From: Anolis carolinensis
Taxonomy: Eukaryota
Direction: 5' to 3'
Assembly: GCF_035594765.1 (NCBI RefSeq)
Contig: NW_026943825.1
Coordinates: 15,120,590-15,184,589, forward strand
DNA length: 64,000 nucleotides
The translations under genes were made by a program, and so were the position numbers. Under the pieces are notes generated by a model. The model saw only the letters and a program-made list of their open reading frames with translations. It made no database searches and was not told the DNA's origin. Shown here in pieces: positions 63,130 to 64,000 of the stretch (the first letter of the stretch is position 1; each line of letters opens with the position of its first letter).

Positions 63130-63700
63130 AAGCAGAAGTTGAAAATTTTGCACACAGGTTGTCTTTTGATCCGCCAAGTACGCCTCTGAGTCTGTTCAGG
63201 GACTTCCAAGTTGCCCATTGTTGGTTTGTCCCTCATGGGGGACCATCCAGTTGGGACTGCCTGATTTTGCTGCTCACAGAGATATTATTGCTGTTGCTGG
63301 AGGAACATTAAGAGGAGTGGTGGTTCTCATGAAACTTTTCCTTGATTTAAGTCTACTGGGAAGAGGTTGATAGCTATACAGTGGGTGGCTTTCGCAGTGT
63401 TCAACCTTATTTCTCTTCCAGTTAGCAGCAACATCAGGGGGGACAATGCCAACTAGCTTATAGAGTCTACCCAGAAGTGTAGGTTTAAGACATCCTGTGA
63501 TTATTCTACATGTCTCATTCAGTGCTATGTCCACCTGCTTCACATGGGCAGACTTGTGCCAAACAGGGCAGGCATACTCAGAAGTTGAGTAAAACAAGGC
63601 CAGGGCTGATGTTCTTATTACTTGTGGGTCTGCACCCTATCCATTATTAGTACGTTTCCGCAGGATGTTATTGCGTGCAGCTACTTTGTGCTTGGTGTTT
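63130..63700 (-). mobile_element. Vingi/Ingi-type LINE fragment
   Basis: YSTSEYACPVWHKSAHVKQVDIALNETCRIITGCLKPT motif. Confidence 0.75.
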
Positions 63701-63714
63701 GTGTTATTTCCCCA

Positions 63715-64000
63715 ACCTTATTTTCCATCTTCCTCGCTATGATACTTCATCTTGTTGATGGGAAGCTTCCCACTGGAGTGGAAATCATCTATCAGACAGA
63801 TGGCAAGCTATTTAACCTCAGCAGACTGAGAGCCAAAACTAAGGTCACAACAACATCTGTTATAGAACTCCAATATGTCGATGACAATGAAATCTGTGCG
63901 CATTCAGAAGAAGATCTGCAAGCCACTCTAAACACCTTTGCAGAAGCATACGGGAAGCTCAGCCTCTCATTGAACATCGAGAAAACCAAAGTGCTCTTCC
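63715..64000 (+). mobile_element. RTE-clade LINE reverse transcriptase fragment
   Basis: DGKLFNLSRLRAKTKV...LQYVDD...LSLNIEKTKVL. Confidence 0.85.

Overview
Repeat-rich squamate (Anolis-like lizard) genomic DNA from the S100A9/A12-PGLYRP3 end of the epidermal differentiation complex (EDC). Six genes were rebuilt by hand from splice sites. On + is a single-coding-exon Pro/Cys/Gln-rich EDC gene (EDPQ/SPRR-like, CDS 5447-5932). On - are EDKM (CDS 17084-14414), a single-domain PGLYRP3 (25468-22550) and three tandem calgranulin/MRP-126-like S100 genes (41823-40623, 47876-45058, 56959-55232). The rest is L1, CR1, L2, RTE, Vingi, R4/Dong and Penelope fragments, SINEs, hAT-type elements, a Helitron, two solo LTRs, intronic minisatellites and two assembly gaps. 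The strongest novelty candidate is a young solo LTR (29145-30299) whose U3 encodes an intact 137-aa acidic protein. It carries a LEDGF/TFIIS-N-domain-binding-like motif (DLFAEPSDEDSFEGF...SSEE) resembling the CDCA7L/JPO2 N-terminus. Also notable are three divergent calgranulins plus a deleted fourth unit, the S100-type exon structure of EDKM, and Penelope hammerhead ribozyme cores. Gene names and motif comparisons come from recall, not database searches.
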